Below, one piece after another: positions 11,401 through 23,400 of a stretch of 64,000 nt of DNA. How positions within the stretch are numbered: the stretch's first letter is position 1; each line of letters begins with the position of its first letter. This stretch comes from Heptranchias perlo (Eukaryota): the NCBI RefSeq assembly GCF_035084215.1, contig NW_027139284.1, positions 62,001 to 126,000 on the forward strand, written 5' to 3'. The position numbers and the translations under genes are program-made. The notes under the pieces are model-generated. The model searched no databases. It saw only the letters and a list, made by a program, of their open reading frames with translations, and was not told the DNA's origin.

Positions 11401-14400
11401 CATGGGTGCGGAACATGGCTATCAATTTCTGCTCGGCAATTTTGCGTTGTCATGTGTCTCGAAGGCCGCCTTGGAGAACGCTTACCCGAAGATCGGTGGC
11501 TGAATGTCCTTGACTGCTAAAGTGTTCCCCGACTGCGAGGGAACCCTCCTGTCTGGCGATTGTTGCGCGGTGTCCGTTCATCCGTTGTCGCAGTGTCTGC
11601 ATGGTCTCGCCAATGTACCATGCTCCGGGGCATCCTTTCCTGCCACGTATGAGGTAGACAACGTTGGCCGAGTCACAGGAGTATGAACCATATACCTGGT
11701 GGGTGGTGTCCTCTCGTGTGATGGTGGTATCTGTGTAGATGATCTGGCATGTCTTGCAGAGGTTACCGTGGCAGGGTTGTGTGGTGTCGTGGACGCTGTT
11801 CTCCTGAAAGCTGGGTAATTTGCTGCGAACGATGGTCTGTTTGAGGTTGGGTGGCTGTTTGAAGGCGAGTAGTGGAGGTGTGGGGATGGCCTTAGCGAGG
11901 TGTTTGTCGTCATCGATGACATGTTGAAGGCTGCGGAGAACATGGCGTAGTTTCTCCGCTCCGGGGAAGTACTGGACGACGAAGGGTACTCTGTTGGTTG
12001 CGTCCCGTGTTTGTCTTCTGAGGAGGTCTATGCGATTCTTCGCTGTGGCCCGTCGGAATTGTCGATCGACAAGTCGAGCGTCATATCCCGTTCTTACGAG
12101 GGCGTCTTTCAGCGTCTGAACACTTCTCACCACGATGGACGTCTCGGCACTATACACCAGTATCCCCCACGATGACGGCATCGCTGCAACAGCCTCAATA
12201 CTCAACACCAACAGCAGCCAATCTCCAGACGCCATCCTACAACTCATCCGCTTCATCCTGGATCACAATGTCTTCACCTTCGACAACCAGTTCTTTACCC
12301 AAACACACGGAACAGCCATGGGGACAAAATTCGCACCCCAATACGCCAACATTTTCATGCACAAGTTCGAGCAGGACTTCTTCACTGCACAGGACCTCCA
12401 ACCAACGCTATACACCAGATACATCGACGACATTTTCTTCCTATGGACCCATGGCGAAGAATCACTGAAGAGACTGGAGATTGGCTGCTGTTGGTGTTGA
12501 GTATTGAGGCTGTTGCAGCGATGCCGTCATCGTGGGGGATACTGGTGTATAGTGCCGAGACGTCCATCGTGGTGAGAAGTGTTCAGACGCTGAAAGACGC
12601 CCTCGTAAGAACGGGATATGAGGCTCGACAAACACCTCGCTAAGGCCATCCCCACACCTCCACTACACGCCTTCAAACAGCCACCCAACCTCAAACAGAC
12701 CATCGTTCGCAGCAAATTACCCAGTTTTCAGGAGAACAGCGTCCACGACACCACACAACCCTGCCACGGCAACCTCTGCAAGACATGCCAGATCATCTAC
12801 ACAGATACCACCATCACACGAGAGGACACCACCCACCAGGTATATGGTTCATACTCCTGTGACTCGGCCAACGTTGTCTACCTCATACGTGGCAGGAAAG
12901 GATGCCCCGGAGCATGGTACATTGGCGAGACCATGCAGACACTGCGACAACGGATGAACGGACACCGCGCAACAATCGCCAGACAGGAGGGTTCCCTCGC
13001 AGTCGGGGAACACTTTAGCAGTCAAGGACATTCAGCCACCGATCTTCGGGTAAGCGTTCTCCAAGGCGGCCTTCGAGACACACGACAACGCAAAATCGTC
13101 GAGCAGAAATTGATAGCCAAGTTCCGCACCCATGAGGACGGCCTCAACCGGGATCTTGGGTCCATGTCACGCTACACGTAACCCCACCAGCAGGGAAAAA
13201 AAAGTTATCTGTTTTTAATACAACTGGAAATTCTCTCTCTCTCTCTCTGCCTTTCGGGTCTCTTTCTCTCTGTCTGTGTAATTTGACACAATGTGTATTC
13301 AGTATACTGGGACCTACTGTTTTCCGTGGCTAACCTGTCTGAACACCAACGACACCTTTGATTGGTGTGATGGTGTCCCAGCCTAATATAAGATATGCGA
13401 TTTGAGAACCTCTCATTCACTCACTCACCTGACGAAGGAGATAATCTCCGAAAGCTTGTGATTTTAAAATAAAATTGTTGGACGAAAACCTGGTGTTGTA
13501 AGATTCCTTACAATTGTCCACCCCAGTCCATCACCGGCATCTCCACATCATGGTTACTACAATTGCACAGGGATTTGGTGAGACCTCACCTGGAGGACTG
13601 TGTGCAGTTTTGGTCTCCTTATCTAGGGAAGGATATACTTGCCTTCGAGGCGGTGCAACGAAGGTTCACCTGATTGATTCCTGGGATGAGAGGGTTGTCC
13701 TATGAGGAGAGATTGAGTAGAATGGGCCGATACTCTCTGGAGTTTAGAAGAATGAGAGGTGATCGCATTGAAACATATCAGATTCTGAGGTGGCTTCACA
13801 GGGTAGATGCTGAGAGGCTGTTTCCCCTGGCTGGAGAGTCTGGAACCAGGAGGCATAGTCTCAGGATAAGGGGTCGGCCATTCAAGACTGAGATGAGGAG
13901 GAATTTCTTCACTCAGAGGGTTGTGAATCTTTGGAATTCTCCACCCCAGGGGGCTGTGAATGCTCAGTCGTTGAGTATATTCAAGACTGAGATCGATAGA
14001 TTTTTGGACTCGAGGGGAATCAAGGGATATGGGGATCGGGCGGGAAAGTGGAGTTGAGGTCGAAGATCGGCCATGATCTGATTGAATGGTGGAGCAGGCT
14101 CGAGGGGCCGAATGGCCCACTCCTGCTCCGATTTCTTATGTTCACTTGAGCAGGTATTCCACTCACCTGAGCAGGTAACCCCACTCACCTGAGCAGGTAA
14201 CCCCACTCACCTGAGCAGGTAACTCCAGCGTCCTGACTGTGTGTGCAGTTATTCACCCCCCATGGGTTGGCAGGGCACTGATCGAGGGCAGGCTCTGTCC
14301 CGTTACACCTCACATCATCCAACCAGATGGGCCCAGTCCCCTCTCCATATTGGGCGGCTCTTGTTCCTGACAGGGCCGTCCCACAGTTCAACAGTCTGCA

Positions 14401-17400
14401 GACGACACTCGCTGCAATTATATCCCAGCCATTATCGCAGACGGTCCCCCAGACGGAGTTACGATAGACCTCAACTCTCCCGGAGCACATGTTGTTCCCG
14501 TTCACCAGACGCACGGGCACCGGACCTGGAATAGAGACGGGAACACGGTCAGACTGGTCTGGGATTACGGGGACTTTCACTGGGGTCATCGTCTGGACCT
14601 GGAATAGAGACGGGAACACGGTCAGACTGGTCTGGGATTACGGGGACTTTCACTGGGGTCATCGTCTGGACATTTGTGACCAAGTGTCAGTCTCCTCCCA
14701 ATATCCCCACTCACCTCAGCTGGGAACTCCACTCACCTGAGCAGGTAACTCCACTCACCTGAGCAGGTAACTCCACTCACCTGAGCAGGTAACTCCAGCG
14801 TCCTGACTGTGTGTGCAGTTATTCACCCCCCCTGGGTTGGCAGGGCACTGATCGAGGGCAGGCTCTGTCCCGTTACACCTCACATCATCCAACCAGATGG
14901 GCCCAGTCCCCTCTCCATATTGGGCGGCTCTTGTTGCTGACAGGGCCGTCCCACAGTTCAACAGTCTGCAGACGACACTCGCTGCGTTTATATTCCAGCC
15001 ATTGTCGCAGACGGTCCCCCAGACGGAGATACGATCGACCTCAACTCTCCCGGAGCACATGTTGTTCCCGTTCACCAGACGCACGGGCACCGGACCTGGA
15101 ATAGAGACGGGAACACGGTTAGACTGGTCTGGGATTACGGGGACTTTCACTGGGGTCATCGTCTGGACATTTGGTCCCTGGTGTCAGTCTCCTCCCAATA
15201 TCCCCACTCACCTGAGCAGGTAACTCCACTCACCTGAGCAGGTAACTCCAGCGTCCTGCCTGTGTGTGCAGTTATTCACCCCCCATGGGTTGGCAGGGCA
15301 CTGATCGAGGGCAGGCTCTGTCCCGTTACACCTCACATCATCCAACCAGATGGGCCCAGTCCCCTCTCCATATTGGGCGGCTCTTGTTCCTATCCCACAG
15401 TTCAACAGTCTGCAGACGACTCTCGCTGCGTTTATATCCCAGCCATTGTCACAGACGGTCCCCCAGACAGAGTTACGATAGACCTCAACTCTCCCGGAGC
15501 ACATGTTGTTCCCGTTCACCAGACGCACGGGCACCGGACCTGGAATAGAGACGGGAACACGGTCAGACTGGTCTGGGATTACGGGGACTTTCACTGGGGT
15601 CATCGTCTGGACATTTAGTCCCAGGTGTCAGTCTCCTCCCAATATACCCACTCACCTGAGCAGTTAACCCCACTCACCTGAGCAGGTAACTCCACTCACC
15701 TGAGCAGGTAACTCCACTCACCTGAGCAGGTAACTCCACTCACGTGAGCAGGTAACTCCACTCACCTGAGCAGGTAACTCCACTCACCTGAGCAGGTAAC
15801 TCCACTCACCTGAGCAGGTAACTCCAGCGTCCTGACTGTGTGTGCAGTTATTCACCCCCCCTGGGTTGGCAGGGCACTGATCGAGGGCAGGCTCTGTCCC
15901 ATTACACCTCACATCATCCAACCAGATGGGCCCAGTCCCCTCTCCATATTGGGCGGCTCTTGTTCCTGACAGGGCCGTCCCACAGTTCAACAGTCTGCAG
16001 ACGACTCTCGCTGCGTTTATATCCCAGCCATTGTCGCAGACGGTCCCCCAGACGGAGTTACGATAGACCTCAACTCTCCCGGAGCACATGTTGTTCCCGT
16101 TCACCAGACGCACGGGCACTGGACCTGGAATAGAGACGGGAACACGGTCAGACTGGTCTGGGATTACGGGGACTTTCACTGGGGTCATCGTCTCGACATT
16201 TGGGCCCAGGTGTCAGTCTCCTCCCAATGAACCCACTCACCTGAGCAGGTAACCCCACTCACCTCGAATCATAGAACCAAAGAAAAGATACAGCAAAGGG
16301 GGCCACTCGGCCCATCGTGTCCATGCCGTCTCGAGGAACAACCAGGTGCCCATTCTAATCCCACCTTCCAGCACCCGGTCCGTAGCCCTGCAGCTTACAG
16401 CACTTTAGGTGCAGGTCCAGGTACTTTTTAAAAGAGTTGAGGGTCCCTGCCTCTACCACCAATTCGGGCAGCGAATTCTATACACCCACCACCCTCTGGG
16501 CAAAAAAGTTTTCCCTCATGTCCCCTCTAATCCTTCCATCAAACAGTGTAAATCTATGTCCTCTCGTTCTTGTCCTGTCTGCTGGGAACCTGAGCTGTTG
16601 ATCCAAGTAACCCCACTCACCTTGGAACATCGGAACATTGGAACAGGAGTAGGCCATTCAGCCCCTCGTGCCTGCTCCGCCATTTGATAAGATCATGGCT
16701 GATCTGTGATCTAACTCCATATACCTGCCTTTGGCCCATATCCCTTAATAGCTTTGGTTGCCAAAAAGCTATCTATCTCAGATTTAAATTTAGCAATTGA
16801 GCTAGTATCAATTGCCGTTTGCGGAAGAGAGTTCCAAACTTCTACCACCCTTTGTGTATAGAAATGTTTTCTAATCTCGCTCCTGAAAGGTTTGGCTCTA
16901 ATTTTTAGACTGTGCCCCCTACTCCTACAATCCCCAACCAGCGGAAATAGTTTCTCTCTATCCACCCTATCTGTTCCCCTTAATATCTTATAAACTTTGA
17001 TCAGATCACCCCTTAACCTTCGAAACTCCAGAGAATACAACCCCAATTTGTGCAATCTCTCCTCGTAACTTAACCCTTGAAGTCCGGGTATCATTCTAGT
17101 AAACCTACGCTGCACTCCCTCCAAGGCCAGTATGTCCTTCCGAAGGTGCGGTGCCCAGAACTGCTCACAGTGCTCTAGGTGCGGTCTAACCAGGGTTTTG
17201 TATAGCTGCAGCATAACTTCTGCCCCCTTGTACTCCAGTCCTCGAGATATAAAGGCCAGGATTGCATGAGCTTTATTGATTATTTTCTGCACCTGTTCAT
17301 GCCACTTCAATGATCTATGTACCTGAACCCCTAAGTCCCTTTGGACATCCACTGTTTTTAACTTTTTACCATTTAGAAAGTACCCTGTTCTATCCTTTTT

Positions 17401-20400
17401 TGATCCAAAGTGGATGACCTCACATTTGTCTGCATTGAATTCCATTTGCCACAGTTTTGCCCATTCACCTAATCTATCAATATCACTTTGTAATTTTATG
17501 TTTTCATCTACACTGCTTACAATGCCACCAATCTTTGTGTCATCGGCAAACTTAGATATGAGACTTTCTATGCCTTCATCTAAGTCGTTAATAAATATTG
17601 TGAATAATTGAGGCCCCAAGACAGATCCCTGCGGGACTCCACTAGTCACATCCTGCCAATGTGAGTACCTACCCATTATCCCTACTCTCTGTCGCCTTTC
17701 GCTCGTCCGACTTCCTAACCAAGTCCGTACTTTTCCCTCGATTCCATGGGCTTCTATCTTAGCTAACAGTCTCTTATGTGGGACCTTATCAAATGCCTTC
17801 TGGAAGTCCATATAAATAATACCCATTGACATTCCCCTGTCCACTACTTTAGTCACCTCTTCAAAAATTTCAATCAGGTTTGTCAGGCACGACCTACCTT
17901 TCACAAATCCATGCTGGCTCTCTCTGATTAATTCTCAAGGTGTTCAGTCACCCTATCCTTAATTATAGAGTCCAGCAATTTCCCCACAACAGATGTTAGG
18001 CTAACTGGTCTATAATTCCCTGATTTCCCTCTCTCTCCTTTCTTAAAAAGCGGAGTGCCATGTGCAATTTTCCAATCCAGAGGGACAGTTCATCAATCTA
18101 GAGAACTTTGAAAGATTATAGTTAGGGCATCTGCAATGTGCTCACCTACTTCCTTTAAAACCCTGGGATGGAAACCATCTGGTCCTGGGGATTTTTCACT
18201 CTTTAGTGCTATTATTTTCTTCATTACTGTTGCTTTACTTATGTTAATTTTATCGAGTCCCTGTTCAATATTAGTTTTCTTGGGATTTCCGGCATGCTAT
18301 CCTCTTTTTCGACGGTAAATACTGTCGCAAAGTAATTGTTCAACATGTCCGCCATTTCCCCATTGTCAATGACAATATCCCCACTTCCAGTTTTTAAGGG
18401 GCCAACACTGCTCCTGACCACCTTCTTTTTCCTAATATAACTATAGAAGTTCTTCGTATTGGTTTTGGTATCCCTTGCAAGTTTCTTTTCATACTCTCTT
18501 TTTGTAGCTCTTACTATCTGTTTTGTGACCCTTTGTTGATCTTTGTATCTTTCCCATTCGCCAGGATCTGTGCCATTTTTTGCCTTTTTGTATGCCCTTT
18601 CCTTATGTCTTATACTGTCCCTTACCTCTTCAGTTGTCCATGGCTGTTTTTATTGGCAAGTAGAGTTCTTGCCCCTCAGGGGTATAAACTGATTCTGTAT
18701 CACGTTAAATGTTTCTTTAAACATTTCCCACTGATCATCAGTCGTTTTACCCATTAACAGATTTGCCCAGTTTAATGTGGACAGTCTCTGTCTCATCCCA
18801 TTGAAGTCGGCCTTGCACAAGTCTAGAATCTTAGCAACTGATTCACTTTTTTCCCTTTCAAACACGACATTGATCATGTTATGATCGCGATTGGATAGAT
18901 GTTCGTCTACAGTTAAGCCTGAGCAGGTAACCCCACTCACCTGAGCAGGTAACTCCAGCGTCCTGACTGTGTGTGCAGTTATTCACCTCCCATGGGTTGG
19001 CAGGGCACTGATCGAGGGCAAGCTCTGTCCCGTTACACCTCACATCATCCAACCAGATGGGCCCAGTCCCCTCTCCATATTGGGCGGCTCTTGTTCCTGA
19101 CAGGGCCGTCCCACAGTTCAACAGTCTGCAGATGACACTCGCTGCGTTTATATCCCAGCCATTATCGCAGACCGTCCCCCAGACGGAGTTACAATAGACC
19201 TCAACTCTCCCGGAGCACATGTTGTTCCCATTCACCAGACGCACGGGCACCGGACCTGGAATAGAGACGGGAACACGGTTAGACTGGTCTGGGATTACGG
19301 GGACTTTCACTGGGGTCATCGTCTGGATATTTGGGCCCAGGTGTCAGTCTCCCCCCAATATCCCCACTCACCTGAGCAGGTAACCCTCACTCACCTGAGC
19401 AGGTAACTCCACTCACCTGAGCAGGTAACTCCACTCACCTGAGCAGGTAACCCCACTCACCTGAGCAGGTAACTCCACTCACGTGAGCAGGTAACCCCAC
19501 TCACCTGAGCAGGTAACTCCACTCACCTGAGCAGGTAACTCCACTCACCTGAGCAGGTAACTCCACTCACCTGAGCAGGTAACTCCAGCGTCCTGACTGT
19601 GTGTGCAGTTATTCACCCCCCATGGGTTGGCAGGGCACTGATCGAGGGCAGGCTCTGTCCCGTTACACCTCACATCATCCAACCAGATGGGCCCAGTCCC
19701 CTCTCCATATTGGGCGGCTCTTGTTGCTGACAGGGCCGTCCCACAGTTCAACAGTCTGCAGATGACACTCGCTGCGTTTATATCCCAGCCATTATCGCAG
19801 ACGGTCCCCCAGACGGAGTGACGATAGACCTCAACTCTCCCGGAGCACATGTTGTTCCCGTTCACCAGACGCACGGGCACCGGACCTGGAATAGAGACGG
19901 GAACATGGTTAGACTGGTCTGGGATTACGGGAACTTTCACTGGAGTCATCGTCTGGACCTGGAATAGAGACGGGAACACGGTTAGACTGTTCTGGGATTA
20001 CGGGGACTTTCACTGGGGTCATCGTCTGGACCCGGAATAGAGACGGAAACACGGTTAGACTGGTCTGGGATTACGGGGACTTTCACTGGGGTCATCGTCT
20101 GGTCCTGGAATAGAGACGGGAACACGGTTAGACTGGTCTGGGATTACAGGGACTTTCAATGGGGTCATCGTCTGGACATTTTGGCCAAGGTGTCAGTCTC
20201 CTCCCAATATCCCCACTCACCTGAGCAGGTAACCCCACTCACCTGAGCAGGTAACTCCAGCGTCCTGACTGTGTGTGCAGTTATTCACCCCCCATGGGTT
20301 GGCAGGGCACTGATCGAGGGCAGGCTCTGTCCCGTTACACCTCACATCATCCAACCAGATGGGCCCAGTCCCCTCTCCATATTGGGCGGCTGTTGTTGCT

Positions 20401-23400
20401 GACAGGGCTGTCCCACAGTTCAACAGTCTGCAGACGACACTCGCTGCGTTTAAATCCCAGCCATTATCGCAGACGGTCCCCCAGACGGAGTTACGATAGA
20501 CCTCAACTCTCCCGGAGCACATGTTGTTCCCGTTCACCAGACGCACAGGCACCGGACCTGGAATAGAGACGGGAACACGGTTAGACTGGTCTGGGATTAT
20601 GGGGACTTTCACTGGGGTCATCGTCTGGACCTGGAATAGAGACGGGAACACGGTTAGACTGGTCTGGGATTACGGGGACTTTCACTGGGCTCATCGTCTG
20701 GACCTGGAATAGAGACGGGAACACGGTTAGACTGGTCTGGGATTACGGGGACTTTCAATGGGGTCATCGTCTGGAACCGGAATAGAGACGGGAACACGGT
20801 TAGACTGGTCTGGGATTCGGGGGACTTTCACTGGGGTCATCGTCTGGACCTGGAATAGAGACGGGAACACGGTTAGACTGGTCTGGGATTACAGGGACTT
20901 TCACTGGGGTCATCGTCTGGACCTGGAATGGAGACGGGATCACGGTTAGACTGGTCTGGGATTACAGGGACTTTCACTGGGGTCATTGTCTGGACATTTG
21001 ATCCCAAGTGTCAGTCTCCCCCCAATATCCCCACTCACCTGAGCAGGTAACCCCACTCACCTGAGCAGGTAACTCCAACGTCCTGACTGTGTGTGCAGTT
21101 ATTCACCCCCCATGGGTTGGCAGGGCACTGATCGAGGGCAGGCTCTGTCCCATTACACCTCACATCATCCAACCAGATGGGCCCAGTCCCCTCTCCATAT
21201 TGGGCGGCTGTTGTTGCTGACAGGGCTGTCCCACAGTTCAACAGTCTGCAGACGACACTCGCTGCGTTTAAATCCCAGCCATTATCGCAGACGGTCCCCC
21301 AGACGGAGTTACGATAGACCTCAACTCTCCCGGAGCACATGTTGTTCCCGTTCACAATACGCACGGGCACCGGACCTGGAACAGAGACGGGAACACGGTT
21401 AGACTGGTCTGGGATGACGGGGACTTTCACGGGGGTCATCGTCTGGACCTGGAATAGTGACGGGAACACGTTTAGACTGGTCTGGGATTACGGGGACTTT
21501 CACTGGAGTCATCGTCTGCAAATTTCGGCCAAGGTGTCAGTCTCCTCCCAATATCCCCACTCACCTGAGCAGGTAACTCCACTCACCTGAGCAGGTAACT
21601 CCACTCACCTGAGCAGGTAACTCCAGCGTCCTGACTGTGTGTGCAGTTATTCACCCCCCATAGGTTGGCAGGGCACTGATCGAGGGCAGGCTCTGTCCCG
21701 TTACACCTCACATCATCCAACCAGATGGGCCCAGTCCCCTCTCCATATTGGGCGGCTCTTGTTGCTGACAGGGCCGTCCCACAGTTCAACAGTCTGCAGA
21801 CGACACTCGCTGCGTTTATATCCCAGCCATTATCGCAGACACTACCCCAGACGGAGTTACGATAGACCTCAACTCTCCCGGAGCACATGTTGTTCCCGTT
21901 CACCAGACGCACGGGCACCGGACCTGGAATAGAGACGGGAACACAGTTAGACTGGTCTGGGATTACGGGGACTTTCACTGGGGTCATCGTCTGGACCTGG
22001 AATAGAGACGGGAACACGGTTAGACTGGTCTGGGATTACGGGGACTTTCACTGGGCTTATCGTCTGGACCTGGAATAGAGACGGGAAGACGGTTGGACTG
22101 GTCTGGGATTTCGGGGACGTTCACTGGGGTCATCGTCTGGACATTTGGGCCCAGGTGTCAGTCTCCTCCCAATATCCCCACTCACCTGAGCAGGTAACTC
22201 CACTCACCCGAGCAGGTAACTCCACTCACCTGAGCAGGTAACTCCACTCACCTGAACAGGTAACTCCACTCACCTGAGCAGGTAACTCCAGCGTCCTGAC
22301 TGTGTGTGCAGTTATTCACCCCCCATGGGTTGGCAGGGCACTGATCGAGGGCGGGCTCTGTCCCGTTACACCTCACATCATCCAACCAGATGGGCCCAGT
22401 CCCCTCTCCACATTGGGCGGCTCTTGTTCCTGACACGGCCGTCCCACAGTTCAACAGTCTGCAGACGACACTCGCTGCGTTTCTATCCCAGCCGTTGTCG
22501 CAGACGGTCCCCCAGACGGAGTTACGATAGACCTCAACTCTCCCGGAGCACATGTTGTTTCCGTTCACCAGACGCACGGGCACCGGACCTGGAATAGAGA
22601 CGGGAACATGGTTAGACTGGTCTGGGATTACGGGAACTTTCACTGGAGTCATCGTCTGGACCTGGAATAGAGACGGGAACACGGTTAGACTGTTCTGGGA
22701 TTACGGGGACTTTCACTGGGGTCATCGTCTGGACCCGGCATAGAGACGGAAACACGGTTAGACTGGTCTGGGATTACGGGGACTTTCACTGGGGTCATCG
22801 TCTGGTCCTGGAATAGAGACGGGAACACGGTTAGACTGGTCTGGGATTACAGGGACTTTCAATGGGGTCATCGTCTGGACATTTTGGCCAAGGTGTCAGT
22901 CTCCTCCCAATATCCCCACTCACCTGAGCAGGTAACCCCACTCACCTGAGCAGGTAACTCCAGCGTCCTGACTGTGTGTGCAGTTATTCACCCCCCATGG
23001 GTTGGCAGGGCACTGATCGAGGGCAGGCTCTGTCCCGTTACACCTCTCATCATCCAACCAGATGGGCCCAGTCCCCTCTCCATATTGGGCGGCTGTTGTT
23101 GCTGACAGGGCCGTCCCACAGTTCAACAGTCTGCAGACGACACTCGCTGCGTTTAAATCGCAGCCATTATCGCAGACGGTCCCCCAGACGGAGTTACGAT
23201 AGACCTCAACTCTCCCGGAGCACATGTTGTTCCCGTTCACCAGACGCACGGGCACCGGACCTGGAATAGAGACGGGAACACGGTTAGACTGGTCTGGGAT
23301 TATGGGGACTTTTACTGGGGTCATCGTCTGGACCTGGAATAGAGACGGGAACACGGTTAGACTGGTCTGGGATTACGGGGACTTTCACTGGGCTCATCGT

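Larger units (their letters stand above)
11027..13553. mobile_element. Penelope-like retroelement, rearranged as an inverted repeat (RT fragment plus two GIY-YIG endonuclease copies)
   Basis: RT motifs [29 protein letters not shown] at 12135-12470 (+). GIY-YIG VVYLI...WYIGET...LRQRMNGHR at 12618-13181 (+) and 11450-11900 (-). Probable target-site duplication ttact(g/a)caattg. Confidence 0.92.
10738..14146 (+). mobile_element. CR1 LINE fragment (duplicate of 7976-8826) interrupted by a Penelope insertion at 11027-13553
   Basis: Same 5' junction gagcaggtagcaaagggat and same 3' junction ttcttatgt.cacttgagcagg as the 7976 copy. Confidence 0.88.

Noticed and set aside
15096-15233. In-frame intron retention giving a continuous SRCR-linker ORF
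   Set aside because: The length is a multiple of 3, but the second donor unit puts AGG TGA in frame.
16711-17904. Active or domesticated reverse transcriptase gene
   Set aside because: 5'-truncated CR1 with disrupted upstream ORF2; an ordinary young LINE fragment.
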